Positions 28,650-39,181 are shown, counted from the stretch's first letter. The stretch is 64,000 bases of DNA from an uncultured virus (IMG/VR IMGVR_UViG_3300020183_000049) (IMGVR_UViG_3300020183_000049), one strand, 5' to 3'. Made by a program: numbers and translations. Notes: generated by a model from the sequence alone, not told the origin.

Positions 28650-29303
28650 CTAGATCGGTGATATAAAGACATAGGTATTTGTTGGTAAATTGTTGACTAA
28701 ATATCCAATATCTTTATTACTGACTCTAATACATCCACCAGATTTTGGTGAACCTAAATTTTTTTCGTTGTTAGTTCCGTGAATATAAATATCTCTACTC
28801 AATGTATTTGAATTTTCTTTTTGTAAACCATCAAGTGTAATAAATCCAGTTAAAACTTCGGCTGAATGAATTTTTCCATTTTTATCCCGTCTACTTGAAT
28901 CTTTATTTGGTGCTAAAATAGTATTTGTTGGTTTTTTGCCGATAAAAACCTGATACATTCTACCTAATTGTTTATTTACAGTTCTGAATAATCCTGTTGG
29001 TGTTTTATTTGAATCATCTGCATTTCCAAACCCTTTGGCTGCGGTTGAGATAATAAACTCTTTATTATCGGGGTATAAAAACATTTTTTGTTTTGACCCT
29101 CTGATAATCAAAATCGGTGAATTTTTTGTAATTAAATTTTGATTTATTAACTCATTTCTAATTTGTAAGTTATTTAATTCATACAATTTTCGATTGGGAT
29201 CTGGCTTTCTAAATATATTATATTCGAAAATTTTTGATTTTTTTGAATTTTCTATAAACAATAAAAACTTATTGTAATTATTTTCAGATATAATTATTTT
29301 CAT
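28650..29303 (-). CDS. L,D-transpeptidase (YkuD) family protein
   Basis: TPTG, IYIHGT and SGGCIRV. Confidence 0.88.
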   Translation of the reverse strand: MKIIISENNYNKFLLFIENSKKSKIFEYNIFRKPDPNRKLYELNNLQIRNELINQNLITKNSPILIIRGSKQKMFLYPDNKEFIISTAAKGFGNADDSNKTPTGLFRTVNKQLGRMYQVFIGKKPTNTILAPNKDSSRRDKNGKIHSAEVLTGFITLDGLQKENSNTLSRDIYIHGTNNEKNLGSPKSGGCIRVSNKDIGYLVNNLPTNTYVFISPI

Positions 29304-29304
29304 A

Positions 29305-29553
29305 TTAATACCTCCCGGTGATATACACGTACACTACTTGAGGGATTTTTGTACAAGTAGTTTCATTACCATCAATGTCTTGACATGGAATATCAGGTAA
29401 ATCCCTCACATATTTTCTTATTTCTCTGGGCGCAATAAACTTTCCATTCAAATCTTTGCGCATTATGTTTCTTACCAAAGGTTCTTTGAGATAAAGTTTG
29501 TCACGATCATAATACTCTTTGAGTATTTGAAATATTTTACTTTTTAAGTCCAC
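29305..29553 (-). CDS. hypothetical protein with leader
   Basis: MDLKSKIFQILKEY; ATATTTAT motif upstream. Confidence 0.6.
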   Translation of the reverse strand: MDLKSKIFQILKEYYDRDKLYLKEPLVRNIMRKDLNGKFIAPREIRKYVRDLPDIPCQDIDGNETTCTKIPQVVYVYITGRY

Positions 29554-29599
29554 AATTATAAATATTGATTAAACAAGAATTATACCTATATTTCAAACT

Positions 29600-29785
29600 A
29601 TGACAAACAAAAAATTAGTAAGGTCTCCGTATGACCGAAAAATTGGTGGTGTATGTGGTGGTCTGGGTGAATATACGAACATAGATCCGACAATTTGGCG
29701 ACTTGTGTTTGTTATTTGTATTTTTACACCTGTACCCATTATTCTGTTTTATTTTCTAGCTTGGATTATCTTACCGTCTTATTGA
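29600..29785 (+). CDS. pspC: PspC domain protein
   Basis: RSPYDRKIGGVCGGLGEY...DPTIWRL...AWIILP. Confidence 0.9.
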   Translation: MTNKKLVRSPYDRKIGGVCGGLGEYTNIDPTIWRLVFVICIFTPVPIILFYFLAWIILPSY

Positions 29786-29786
29786 A

Positions 29787-30281
29787 TTATTTTTTTACAC
29801 AATTTGGGTAACGTTTTCCAAACATTGTTTTCATTCCCTTTTGTGTATAACCTTTCCAACACCGTTCGGTAATTTCGTTTTCTGTCATTTCTGAATTATC
29901 ACTTGTTTGTGGATTCACATCTTCGGAAGATTGTTTAATAACAAAATTTCGGTATTTTTTTAACCAATTTTCAACATCTTTCATAGTTGATGCCAAATAC
30001 CAAGCTTCACCTGTTTTATAATCATACCGTGTTGATCTTACGTCATTTGGATACAATATTTGCTTAGTCGGATACTCGTACCCTAAGTCTGTTCCATATT
30101 TTAATTCTTCAACAGAAAGATTATCATTACCTAACTTTTGAAAAGTTTCATAAGTCATTTCATCAATTTCAATACGATAATTGCCAGCCCAAGTTTGAAA
30201 TACTTGAACTTTAATTGGAAAATTATCTTTAATTTCCTTTTTTACATTAGATTCAGTCAATATGTCTAAAAACTTGATCAT
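29787..30281 (-). CDS. hypothetical protein with leader and C-terminal CWKGY..PNCV module
   Basis: MIKFLDILTES; ITERCWKGY...YPNCVKK. Confidence 0.7.
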   Translation of the reverse strand: MIKFLDILTESNVKKEIKDNFPIKVQVFQTWAGNYRIEIDEMTYETFQKLGNDNLSVEELKYGTDLGYEYPTKQILYPNDVRSTRYDYKTGEAWYLASTMKDVENWLKKYRNFVIKQSSEDVNPQTSDNSEMTENEITERCWKGYTQKGMKTMFGKRYPNCVKK

Positions 30282-30943
30282 CGATATATTTGTCCTTTAA
30301 CCTTAGGTATCATTTCTTCTATTTTATTTATTGAAAGATTAGATAGTGGTGTACCATACAAAAATAATATTACTTCAACTTCTAAGTCTGTTGGTAGTTT
30401 AGTTATATTGGTATCTCTGAGATCTAAAGTTCCAAGGACTTTTAGACCACTAGGAAGTGATGTGATGTTTTTACAGTCCTCTAGATCTAAATCTCCATTA
30501 ACTGTAAAATTATTCGGAAGTTTTTCTATTGGTGTCCTTTGGAGATAAATACTAGCTCCAACTTCTAAGTCTGGGGGTAGTTCAGTAATATTGGTATCTT
30601 TTAGATTTAAAGTATATTCAACCCTAAGACCGCTCGGAAGTGATTTAATATTTTCACATCTAATTAAATAGAGACCACCTTTTACATTGAGATCCTTAGG
30701 AAGTACTTTAAGATTTATGCTATCAATTAACACTAGATCACCATTAACTTCAGTAAGGTTTTTTGGTAAGACTTCTATGGGTGAACCATTTAAATATAAA
30801 TCACCTTGTGAACCATTTTTGATGTAATCTCGTATTTTTCTGTATGTTCTGAAAAGTAATTTCTTATCCTTTTCCTCTTTTGTTCTTCGAGGAATAAAGA
30901 TGTTGTCATCACTTTCTTTCAATATATCTAGGAGCTTAATCAT
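30278..30943 (-). CDS. leucine-rich-repeat protein with leader
   Basis: Repeats of LPxxLxVxGxLxL; MIKLLDILKES. Confidence 0.8.
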   Translation of the reverse strand: MIKLLDILKESDDNIFIPRRTKEEKDKKLLFRTYRKIRDYIKNGSQGDLYLNGSPIEVLPKNLTEVNGDLVLIDSINLKVLPKDLNVKGGLYLIRCENIKSLPSGLRVEYTLNLKDTNITELPPDLEVGASIYLQRTPIEKLPNNFTVNGDLDLEDCKNITSLPSGLKVLGTLDLRDTNITKLPTDLEVEVILFLYGTPLSNLSINKIEEMIPKVKGQIYR

Positions 30944-30947
30944 CAAA

Positions 30948-31613
30948 TTAATTTTGTCTATATTGTTTAAGAATTTCCATATTTCCAATCACTACGTATC
31001 TATAAAATAAATCATTTATTTGTTGTCGATCTGTAATACCAGCATCAGTTATTTTTTTTCTAAAAAATTCAATAAATTTAATAAAATAATTGAGTGGTGT
31101 TGAAGAATATACTGGATAAATAAGGTCAACATGAAGTTTTGTAATCAAACCTAAGTTTGCAAGTTCTCTCAATTTACGGATAGCAAATTCGTCTGCGATG
31201 TTTTCTAAGTATTTCATAAATTTTGCGGATTCTTCAACTGGTTGTTCATTAATATACATATTCCATTTTTCTGTCTGTCCGTATTTTTTAAATTGATAAG
31301 CATGAGCAACTTCATGGAATAAAATGTATAAAAGACGAGTTATCGGGTATTCGAATACTTGAGGACTTATTATTATTTTGTTATCTAGAGCTATACCAGC
31401 AGCATTTCTTATCGGTGTTATTTCCAAATTTATTACGCCAGATTTACGTATAAAATCTTTGATTTTATTTATTTGTTCTTCTGTATATTGTCCTTTTGAT
31501 GTAATTTTTTCAATTACTTTATCAAACCCACTAATCGAATTGAATTGTGGTTGATTTGTAATCTCAGATTCCTGTTCAATTAAAAATCTTTTTTTGGTGT
31601 ATCTAATACGCAT
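30948..31613 (-). CDS. HExxH metallopeptidase-like protein (ImmA/IrrE/M48-like)
   Basis: FHEVAH...ENIADEFA; leader ending FLIEQ. Confidence 0.7.
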   Translation of the reverse strand: MRIRYTKKRFLIEQESEITNQPQFNSISGFDKVIEKITSKGQYTEEQINKIKDFIRKSGVINLEITPIRNAAGIALDNKIIISPQVFEYPITRLLYILFHEVAHAYQFKKYGQTEKWNMYINEQPVEESAKFMKYLENIADEFAIRKLRELANLGLITKLHVDLIYPVYSSTPLNYFIKFIEFFRKKITDAGITDRQQINDLFYRYVVIGNMEILKQYRQN

Positions 31614-31635
31614 TTCACATAAATATCAATATAAC

Positions 31636-31662
31636 AAAAAAGGGAGATATTATCTCCCCTTT
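31636..31662. terminator. intrinsic terminator
   Basis: AAAAAGGGAGATA/TATCTCCCCTTT hairpin. Confidence 0.65.
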
Positions 31663-31689
31663 GTTAATTTGATTAATATAAAATAATAA

Positions 31690-32238
31690 TTAAATAGTTT
31701 CACATATAAGTTGTGATACAGAACCGTAATGATTCATTTTTAATTTTTCTTCAAAACTATGTTTATTTCTAGGAATTAAACTATGTTCATGTTTTGTGAC
31801 TAGGATAGTCATCCATAAATATAAGTTTTTCGGAAGCCACTCATTAGTCATATAGTCAAGATCATAATTACATTTCTTAAGTTCGGAATGAGTGTAATTT
31901 CCAATTTCAACAGCGCCGATATAGTGATCATTAATTAGTTGTTTAGTAGATTTATCAAGTTTTGAAGATTCATATGAACAAATACCAGATGAAAACCCGT
32001 TCACACCAAAAAGTCCATATCCAAAATTTAATCTATAGAACCGATTCCATCTACTTTTTTCACAACCCTCTTCTTCTCTGAGTATAATTTCTTTGAGTAG
32101 AATTCGGAATTCATGTTCGGTGTCTTTTTCTCTTTTATTCCAAAAATGTTCTTGTTTCTCTTTTATAAAAAAATCTACAGGGTCGTTTATTAAAATCGAG
32201 TTTGGATTGTTAGAGATGTTTGAAATTTTTTGATCCAT
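31690..32238 (-). CDS. hypothetical protein, paralog of 53570-54190
   Basis: FGYGLxG, NDHxxG and DYMxNEWLxxxLYLW..VTKxEHS shared. Confidence 0.7.
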   Translation of the reverse strand: MDQKISNISNNPNSILINDPVDFFIKEKQEHFWNKREKDTEHEFRILLKEIILREEEGCEKSRWNRFYRLNFGYGLFGVNGFSSGICSYESSKLDKSTKQLINDHYIGAVEIGNYTHSELKKCNYDLDYMTNEWLPKNLYLWMTILVTKHEHSLIPRNKHSFEEKLKMNHYGSVSQLICETI

Positions 32239-32405
32239 AATGTATATTTTAGTGTCATAAATTTAAACAATTTTACCTTAAAGTCAAAATTTTAAAATGA
32301 CTCAATATCAGAATGTGGTAGTGATTCGACTAACTTACGATTTTCCAAAGAAAAATTTGATTTTTTTTAAATCACTAGCTATCTTTGAATTTAAAAAGTT
32401 TATTT

Positions 32406-32972
32406 ATGGCAAACAATGTATCAAATTTGATTTTTATTAAAAACACAGATGAGAATGTGGTAGCGAAAGTTAAAGAAATTTTCAAAACAAAAAGTGAAGA
32501 CCCATTCAAACAAATATGGACAGCTCAACTGGTAAATGGTGTTTTTGAAAACGTATGGCCTAACGGTGAAAATGATTATGACAGAGATTGGGTTACAGAA
32601 AATTGTGGTGCTAAATGGTTCCATGGAAATATGGATTACATTGATAGTGATGGCACAATTACGATCAATATTGAGTCTGCGTGGGATCCAATTTTAGGGT
32701 GGGTTGAAAAATTGGGAAAGGTTTTAACCGAAATTAAATCCGATGTTTATATTCAAAATTCATTCGAAGATGAAGGTTATAATTTTGCGGGTGTACAATT
32801 GGTAGCAAAGGATTACTCTTCAGAAGAATATATTAATATGGAAGATTGGGATGTAGATAAGTTTTATGAACGTGGTGAAGAGTATGAATCATATTGGCAA
32901 GAACTAATCAATATGATGGAAGAAGAAGTCAAAGGTTATTTTGAATATTTAGAAAACAAAGATGGTAAATGA
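32406..32972 (+). CDS. DUF1281/YubB-like ferredoxin-fold protein
   Basis: DWVTENCGAKW, IESAWDP and EDEGYNFAG; host-type promoter at 32356-32387. Confidence 0.65.
   Translation: MANNVSNLIFIKNTDENVVAKVKEIFKTKSEDPFKQIWTAQLVNGVFENVWPNGENDYDRDWVTENCGAKWFHGNMDYIDSDGTITINIESAWDPILGWVEKLGKVLTEIKSDVYIQNSFEDEGYNFAGVQLVAKDYSSEEYINMEDWDVDKFYERGEEYESYWQELINMMEEEVKGYFEYLENKDGK
32899..32964 (+). repeat. 66 bp direct repeat, copy 1
   Basis: AAGAACTAATCAATATG...AAACAAAGATG, identical by eye to 34964-35029. Confidence 0.9.
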
Positions 32973-33003
32973 CACTCACTCAGTTTTCAAAGATCATTTT
33001 TTT

Positions 33004-33840
33004 TTATTTCAACTTTTCCTTTAATTTTTCAAGATTAGCAACGTCATTCTCCCTTTCTACCTTGGAAGACGGAGTTTTTAAATTTTCAGGTATGTCCATA
33101 CCTGGTCGCCAACCATTATCCCAAGCTTTAGTCAATAGCTCATTATCTTTTTTTGTTCCAGAACTACCGAATGCATTTTTAACCTCATCCCAATCTAAAC
33201 CCTGATTTTCTACTTTAACTTTTATATCATTTTTGAATACTTGGTTATAACCTACATCGTACGCTACCGTAGGTGCCACAATATTTTTACCAGCCCATCC
33301 CGGTATTTTTTTGATTGCTTGTTTTCTGGCTGTTTGTCTTGCTTTTTGTTTTGCTTGTCGTAAAGTTATATCTGCATATTTTTTTATTTCTCTTTTAATA
33401 AGTTCTCTGTTTTGAGTTATTTTTTTTACAACTTCTGCTTCTGCTGGAAATAATTTTTGACCTAATTTAATTTTTCTTGCTATGGGTATAAGTGTTTTGG
33501 CCGTCCACTTTGTTAAACCAAGTGTATTTGCAAGTCCCCCAACAAGTGGTATTAAACTAAACATTCCGATTAACCCTGCCATATATTTGTCACCTTCATC
33601 ATAATACATTTTTGCATCATATAAACCTATACCCATAGATAAAAGTGGCCCAATATCAGGAACAAATGCTAAACCAATACCAAGTATCATATTCCTTGTG
33701 TGTGGATCTACTTCTATTACTTTCGGTTGTTTGTAACCCACAGGGTTATATCTCCCACCAAAATTGTCAGGTTGTTCCTCTATAACCCTTTTAATTATAG
33801 ATCTGAGTTCGGATTCAGTTAAATAAATTTTTTTATTCAT
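33004..33840 (-). CDS. LTESEL-leader protein with hydrophobic hairpin; paralog of 41703-42359
   Basis: DPHTRNMILGIGLAFVP...EGDKY shared; long identical DNA blocks. Confidence 0.8.
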   Translation of the reverse strand: MNKKIYLTESELRSIIKRVIEEQPDNFGGRYNPVGYKQPKVIEVDPHTRNMILGIGLAFVPDIGPLLSMGIGLYDAKMYYDEGDKYMAGLIGMFSLIPLVGGLANTLGLTKWTAKTLIPIARKIKLGQKLFPAEAEVVKKITQNRELIKREIKKYADITLRQAKQKARQTARKQAIKKIPGWAGKNIVAPTVAYDVGYNQVFKNDIKVKVENQGLDWDEVKNAFGSSGTKKDNELLTKAWDNGWRPGMDIPENLKTPSSKVERENDVANLEKLKEKLK

Positions 33841-33845
33841 TTTGA

Positions 33846-34886
33846 CTAATATAAAAATGATGGCTGATTAATTTTTGTATCCATATTGCGGATCCACTGA
33901 TCGTTTTCTATTGCTTTTGGTACTTTTTTAAAAACATCGTTCATATTGTCATATACGTCTTTTGGTATATCTGGTATCTTCAAATTCTGCCCCTTATCAG
34001 TTCGTCTTAAAAAATCAGTTAAATCTGTAGGTCTATGGTTTGTCCAAGGGTATGCCATAAATTCGATTTTTTCTTCATCAGTTTTAAATCTACCTCTACT
34101 GATAGCACTAGCGGTTCCGGGTTCTTTTGACAAAACTTGATCAAAAAATTCTACAAAATATTTTTTTGTTGAATTTGATAATTCACCTAATGTTCTTGAG
34201 GTAAACCTATTCCCATATTTTATGTCTGACCCCCCTGCTTGCGCACATGAATATAATTTGTAATTAAGAAAATCTAGGATTCTATCTTTCCTATCCCCAT
34301 CTACCATTTTATAGCCCGCAGTTTTTTGACTTGCTTGTGTGAGTTTTTGACCAACTTTAGGTTCTTGTTGAACAGCTTTTGAACCTTGTTGAACAACTTT
34401 TGAACCTTGTTGGGCGCTTCTTTTATTTATTATACGAGTGATTAAGTTACGCATATACTCTCGCAAGTTAGTTCCATCCTTAAGATATTGTGGTATTAGA
34501 TTTATAATTTCATCCATATTATTTTCTGTAATTTTACCAGTTGTTGCGGCGTCTAGTATATCATCAATTAGTTGTTTCGATAAATTGACACCAGTTTGTG
34601 TCTTATAGTAAATTTGTCCCTTTTTTATTATTTGGTTTTTAGGATTTGAAATTTTTGTAAATAAGCTTACTATATCATCTATTTCTTGTTTTTTAAAAAT
34701 TTTTGTTAAATTTCTTAAAGTTTTTGTAGTAAAAAATTTTAGTTCTGGCCCTTCATTTAGAACGTATCTATAATACACGTCTAATTCTGATTCCACTAAT
34801 TTTTTGTTCACATATGAATATGTATTATGCATTTCCAAAATTCTATCTTTCTCCTCCTGATTGATGTTATTGAATAAATGTTTCAT
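33846..34886 (-). CDS. MKHLFN-leader hypothetical protein
   Basis: MKHLFNNINQEEKDRILEMH; internal QQGSK repeats. Confidence 0.75.
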   Translation of the reverse strand: MKHLFNNINQEEKDRILEMHNTYSYVNKKLVESELDVYYRYVLNEGPELKFFTTKTLRNLTKIFKKQEIDDIVSLFTKISNPKNQIIKKGQIYYKTQTGVNLSKQLIDDILDAATTGKITENNMDEIINLIPQYLKDGTNLREYMRNLITRIINKRSAQQGSKVVQQGSKAVQQEPKVGQKLTQASQKTAGYKMVDGDRKDRILDFLNYKLYSCAQAGGSDIKYGNRFTSRTLGELSNSTKKYFVEFFDQVLSKEPGTASAISRGRFKTDEEKIEFMAYPWTNHRPTDLTDFLRRTDKGQNLKIPDIPKDVYDNMNDVFKKVPKAIENDQWIRNMDTKINQPSFLY

Positions 34887-34963
34887 AATTTTTTTCTGTA
34901 TAAATATCTAAAAAACAAAAGAATATGGATTGACGGCTTTTTTAATTTCAACTCTTTTTTATA

Positions 34964-35029
34964 AAGAACTAATCAATATGATGGAAGAAGAAGTCAAAGG
35001 TTATTTTGAATATTTAGAAAACAAAGATG
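34964..35029 (+). repeat. 66 bp direct repeat, copy 2 (orphan 3' end of the 32406 gene)
   Basis: Identical by eye to 32899-32964. Confidence 0.9.
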
Positions 35030-35038
35030 ATGAGTAAT

Positions 35039-37477
35039 TCAAACGTACACATCAAAAAATACAATGTTACCATTATCATCCAATCCCATATTTCCGTCAT
35101 GTAGGTCAAAAGTTTTTGCTTTATCTACACTATAAATTTTTTCAATTGCCGAAAGTAATTTTGGGAACCATTGTACAAATTCTTCGTATGTTGGTTGATT
35201 AGATGACATAGTCCGATTCTCAACATCTTTTCGTAATGCAATTTTATAATAGAAATATCGCATCGCCCTATCATTCAAATAGTTTGAACGAATTACTGAG
35301 ATTGGTTTGTAATTTCTATAATCGAAAACATTTTCTTTTTTATGTTCAAATTGAATCCAATAATAATATCTAAAACAGAAATTTAGTATAGGTTTTAATT
35401 CTGGTGGAATGCGATTTATCTTATCTAAACATACAATGTATAATTTTTTGAATTTTGTCCTTTTTTCTTTTTGTTTTCTAAGAATTATATTATCAAATTT
35501 TCTTTCACCTGCTTTAAATTCTTGTGGTGTTAATTTGAAATCTTTTCGTTGAGGTTCTGGTGTGTCCCAATACCTACGTGTATCTTGTTTGATCCATTGA
35601 GTTTTTCTTTCGTTTTTTAACACATCTTTTGATGGGCCGTATGTTGTAGAATATTGTAATTCAGATGGTAAATCAACTTCTTTAATCCAATAATAGTTTA
35701 CTAGACCTGGGTTATTTGGTTTCTCAATGAGGTTTTTGATTTTTTCAACTTCAGTTGAATTTGCGGTAAATTTAAAAACTACAGGTGTGTTTTCTGGTGG
35801 AATCGTCCCATAAAAATTATTTTGAGTAAAGTCTGTTGGTAATGTATAGTTTCCAATTGGTATAAAAGCAACACCGATTGCTCCACCACCCAAAAATTTC
35901 AAATTGACATTTGGAAGAATATTTTGGATAAAATTTCTAAAATTCAATCTGTCTCTATTAAATAATTGTATGGTGTTGTTTTCTTTTTTCCAAGCTGGCG
36001 GTTTATCAATTTCTGGTGGGTCTTGTTTAAGTCCACCTATCAGTTCAATAGGTTTGTTTTCTGTTGATCCTGTGTTTTCTTTTTCATCGTAGGGAATATC
36101 AATATACTCATTTATAAGTCCCATCATTTTTTTAATCCTAGAAATGTTTTCTTTTAGATTTTTGTCGTTTTCGATCTTTTCGAAATCTTCAGGAGTATCC
36201 AAGACTGGTTCTGGTTTTGTATTTGGATTTGGATATCCATCAGAGTAAATAATTGGTTCATAGCCTTCAGGTGGATTTATTTTAATTTTTTTAAATGCAT
36301 TTTTAAAATCTTCAATTACTTTTTCAGTATTACCATCTAGATAAGCAATTCGTATTAAGTAATTTATACTTTTACCATTTTTTAATTTCTTACCTTTATT
36401 CTTTCTCACAAACTCATTTTTTATCGTGTCGTATTGTTTCTTTTTTTCGAACTTCTCTATTTCTGTGTTTCCACGAAAATTACTATAAAAATGTCCCTCT
36501 CCGTCAACTTCAATAACTATTTTTTGTTCTGGTAAATAAAAATCGAAAGGTAACTCATGACATTTTCCTTTTGAAGATGGGTGTCCAACACAATCTGAAA
36601 ATGTTTGTTCTGGAATTCGAGATCCAAAACCAATTTCCCTTAGGTAATCATTGAGTACCTCTTCACCCTTTGATCCTTTACATATGGGACATCCCTGACC
36701 TGCTGTGTGTTTATATGGCTTTTTAAGAAATTGCCCGTGTTTTGGACATTTGATAATGACATCAGTTATAGCGTTTTCATAATCGACATCATCGTAATTA
36801 TATTGCAACCCACCCTCGTCATTTTTATGAAAGCGGCTTATCTTGATTTTCTCAAGCCACTTTTCTTTGGTGTCTTTATTCCACCCCCCCTTTAATAATC
36901 TAGTTAGTCTTTTATCTTGAGCACAATCTGGACATCCATGGTTTCGGGTATGTGTACTAACTTTTTGTGGAAAATATCTATGAATTGGGCAACCGATCTG
37001 GACCTCATTATCATCTTTTATATCGTAAGGTACTTTGTCATACTTATAAATAAGTTTACCATCAATGGTATTATTTGATCCTTTTCGATCTATGACCTTT
37101 TGAAGCCATGTATATTTGGTATTTCGTACTCCTGTACATACATCACAACCTCTTGGTGTGTAAATATGTTTATCGGGTGGAACCTCAAATTCACCATGTG
37201 GATGTTCTGGAAAATCTGGAGGTGTTTCGTTACAAAACAGTTTGATATACTTAGATTTACTTATTCCACTCCAATTTTTTTCATTTTCATAATCGTAATA
37301 TCCTTCATATTTGTCTCTATGTATTTTTTTTGCTTTATCCACAAATTCATCATAGGTCATAGTGTCTCTACGCTCATTCAATATATTTTTGGTACTATTA
37401 AGACCACCAGAATTATTTCCATATACAAAATTGTATAACGTCTTTATTCTTTCTGTGTCTTCAATATTATCTGACAT
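35039..37477 (-). CDS. fusion: CxxH/CxxC repeats + Vsr/DUF559-like endonuclease + protein-kinase-like domain
   Basis: CPKHG..GCPIC repeats; LPFDFYLP...IEVDGEGH; then LGGGAIG, VVFK and DLHDGNMG...VFFD. Confidence 0.75.
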   Translation of the reverse strand: MSDNIEDTERIKTLYNFVYGNNSGGLNSTKNILNERRDTMTYDEFVDKAKKIHRDKYEGYYDYENEKNWSGISKSKYIKLFCNETPPDFPEHPHGEFEVPPDKHIYTPRGCDVCTGVRNTKYTWLQKVIDRKGSNNTIDGKLIYKYDKVPYDIKDDNEVQIGCPIHRYFPQKVSTHTRNHGCPDCAQDKRLTRLLKGGWNKDTKEKWLEKIKISRFHKNDEGGLQYNYDDVDYENAITDVIIKCPKHGQFLKKPYKHTAGQGCPICKGSKGEEVLNDYLREIGFGSRIPEQTFSDCVGHPSSKGKCHELPFDFYLPEQKIVIEVDGEGHFYSNFRGNTEIEKFEKKKQYDTIKNEFVRKNKGKKLKNGKSINYLIRIAYLDGNTEKVIEDFKNAFKKIKINPPEGYEPIIYSDGYPNPNTKPEPVLDTPEDFEKIENDKNLKENISRIKKMMGLINEYIDIPYDEKENTGSTENKPIELIGGLKQDPPEIDKPPAWKKENNTIQLFNRDRLNFRNFIQNILPNVNLKFLGGGAIGVAFIPIGNYTLPTDFTQNNFYGTIPPENTPVVFKFTANSTEVEKIKNLIEKPNNPGLVNYYWIKEVDLPSELQYSTTYGPSKDVLKNERKTQWIKQDTRRYWDTPEPQRKDFKLTPQEFKAGERKFDNIILRKQKEKRTKFKKLYIVCLDKINRIPPELKPILNFCFRYYYWIQFEHKKENVFDYRNYKPISVIRSNYLNDRAMRYFYYKIALRKDVENRTMSSNQPTYEEFVQWFPKLLSAIEKIYSVDKAKTFDLHDGNMGLDDNGNIVFFDVYV

Positions 37478-37553
37478 ATTATGATATTATAGTAAATATC
37501 CATTGATCAAAAAATATTTTTTTTTACGATATTTATTTAAAAATATATTCAAA

Positions 37554-38333
37554 ATGGATCTTCAACAACAAACATATAGAATAAAACAAATGATGGGACT
37601 TTTAAATGAGCAGGTTCCGATTGATTTTATTCAAAGATCACTAAACCCGTATAAAGATAGTGTTGGTTATTTAACATTAAAAGATGGTGTTGTTAACGGA
37701 GTTTATCCTATTGGGGAATATGATCAAGACATTCACGATGTTCTACAACAGAAAAGTAAAGAAGGTTCAAGATATAATGGATTTTTATGGGTCTCAGATG
37801 AAAAATTCCTAGATAATAGATGGATTGGAATGACTCAAAATGACATCGAAAAAATTTTAAGTGGTGAAAAAATTGACACTCAAAAAATGGGTAATTATAA
37901 TCCAGATGGAGTTTATAATTTAAATGATTCAAAAGTAAAAAATATTGTTTATCGTTCAGGAGATATTATTCACAATCCGAATCAAGGGGGTATATGGTTT
38001 TCAGAAACAAAAGTAGGTTCTGAAAACTTTATGATGGCAATGTATGGTAAAAAAGTCGAGGCAATACCCTATCACATTATACTTAAAAACCCAAAATATT
38101 TGAAAAATTTTTGGCATACATACCTACCTAACGTTGAGCCTATAAATAGAAAAGGTGAAAAAACTGGTCAATCTCGTGAAAAATATTCAAGTCAATTAAT
38201 GAATCAGGGTTATGACGGAATTGTTATTGGTCATGATATGTGGAATGACACTGGAGATGAGTACGCGGTTGAATCAATGCAATATGTGGTTTTTGATCCG
38301 TCTAACGTTTTTCCTGTAAAGTCTGACAATTAA
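37554..38333 (+). CDS. ADP-ribosyltransferase-like protein with leader
   Basis: VYRSG, GIWFS, LKNP, GYDGIV and QYVVFDP; leader RIKQMMGLLNEQ. Confidence 0.6.
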   Translation: MDLQQQTYRIKQMMGLLNEQVPIDFIQRSLNPYKDSVGYLTLKDGVVNGVYPIGEYDQDIHDVLQQKSKEGSRYNGFLWVSDEKFLDNRWIGMTQNDIEKILSGEKIDTQKMGNYNPDGVYNLNDSKVKNIVYRSGDIIHNPNQGGIWFSETKVGSENFMMAMYGKKVEAIPYHIILKNPKYLKNFWHTYLPNVEPINRKGEKTGQSREKYSSQLMNQGYDGIVIGHDMWNDTGDEYAVESMQYVVFDPSNVFPVKSDN

Positions 38334-38397
38334 TTTCACATTTTGTTGATAGTATACCATAACTATCTTATATTTTTGATTACATTGTAAATCAAAA

Positions 38398-39117
38398 ATG
38401 GAAATACAGACCAAAACAAATATTCAACTTGATTTGTTTGAAAATACAAGCAAGAATATTCCATCACCAAATAACATCCGGGTACTTGTGGCCTGTGAGG
38501 AAAGTCAGGCAACGACCATAGAACTCCGTAAGCTTGGGTTTGATGCTTGGAGTTGTGACATCTTAGAATGCAGTGGTGGACACCCTGAGTGGCATATACA
38601 CGGCGATGTATTGAACGTACTCAACGATGGGTGGGATATGATGATTGCACACCCAACTTGTACCTATCTGACGAATAGTGGGGTATGTTGGTTATGGAAT
38701 AAGGACAAATCCAAAAATGAACAGAGGTGGGAAAATCTCAACGAGGGTGCTCGATTCTTTAAAACTTTGTTGGAAGCTCCAATACCATTGATCGCCGTTG
38801 AGAATCCAATACCACACAAATACGCGATAGAGTTAATTGGACGGAAATACGACCAGTGTATTCAACCGTATCAGTTTGGTCATCCAGAAAGCAAGGCGAC
38901 TTGTTTTTGGTTAAAAGGATTACCAAAATTAAAACCCACCGAAGATGTTAAAGAAGTGTGGAAATCTCTACCAAAAAACGAGGCACAGAGATTACATTAT
39001 TTATCACCAGGACCTGAACGAGCCAAACTACGTTCAAAGACCTTTTCAGGTATTGCTCAAGCTATGGCTCAACAGTGGGGATCCTATGTTTATGAAACTC
39101 AAATCAAAAAAAATTAA
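38398..39117 (+). CDS. short phage-type DNA cytosine methyltransferase
   Basis: VLVACEESQ, AHPTC, VENP, KATCFW and RSKTFSGIAQAMAQQW. Confidence 0.8.
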   Translation: MEIQTKTNIQLDLFENTSKNIPSPNNIRVLVACEESQATTIELRKLGFDAWSCDILECSGGHPEWHIHGDVLNVLNDGWDMMIAHPTCTYLTNSGVCWLWNKDKSKNEQRWENLNEGARFFKTLLEAPIPLIAVENPIPHKYAIELIGRKYDQCIQPYQFGHPESKATCFWLKGLPKLKPTEDVKEVWKSLPKNEAQRLHYLSPGPERAKLRSKTFSGIAQAMAQQWGSYVYETQIKKN

Positions 39118-39181
39118 TATTGTTTTTTTTTTCATTCAATGTTATATTTATAACCATTGTATAAGATTGAACAACTTGGTT

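Noticed and set aside
38945..39181. 79 aa N-terminal extension of the HTH-methyltransferase
   Set aside because: Overlaps the upstream gene and an AT-rich intergenic stretch; ATG 39182 starts the HTH.
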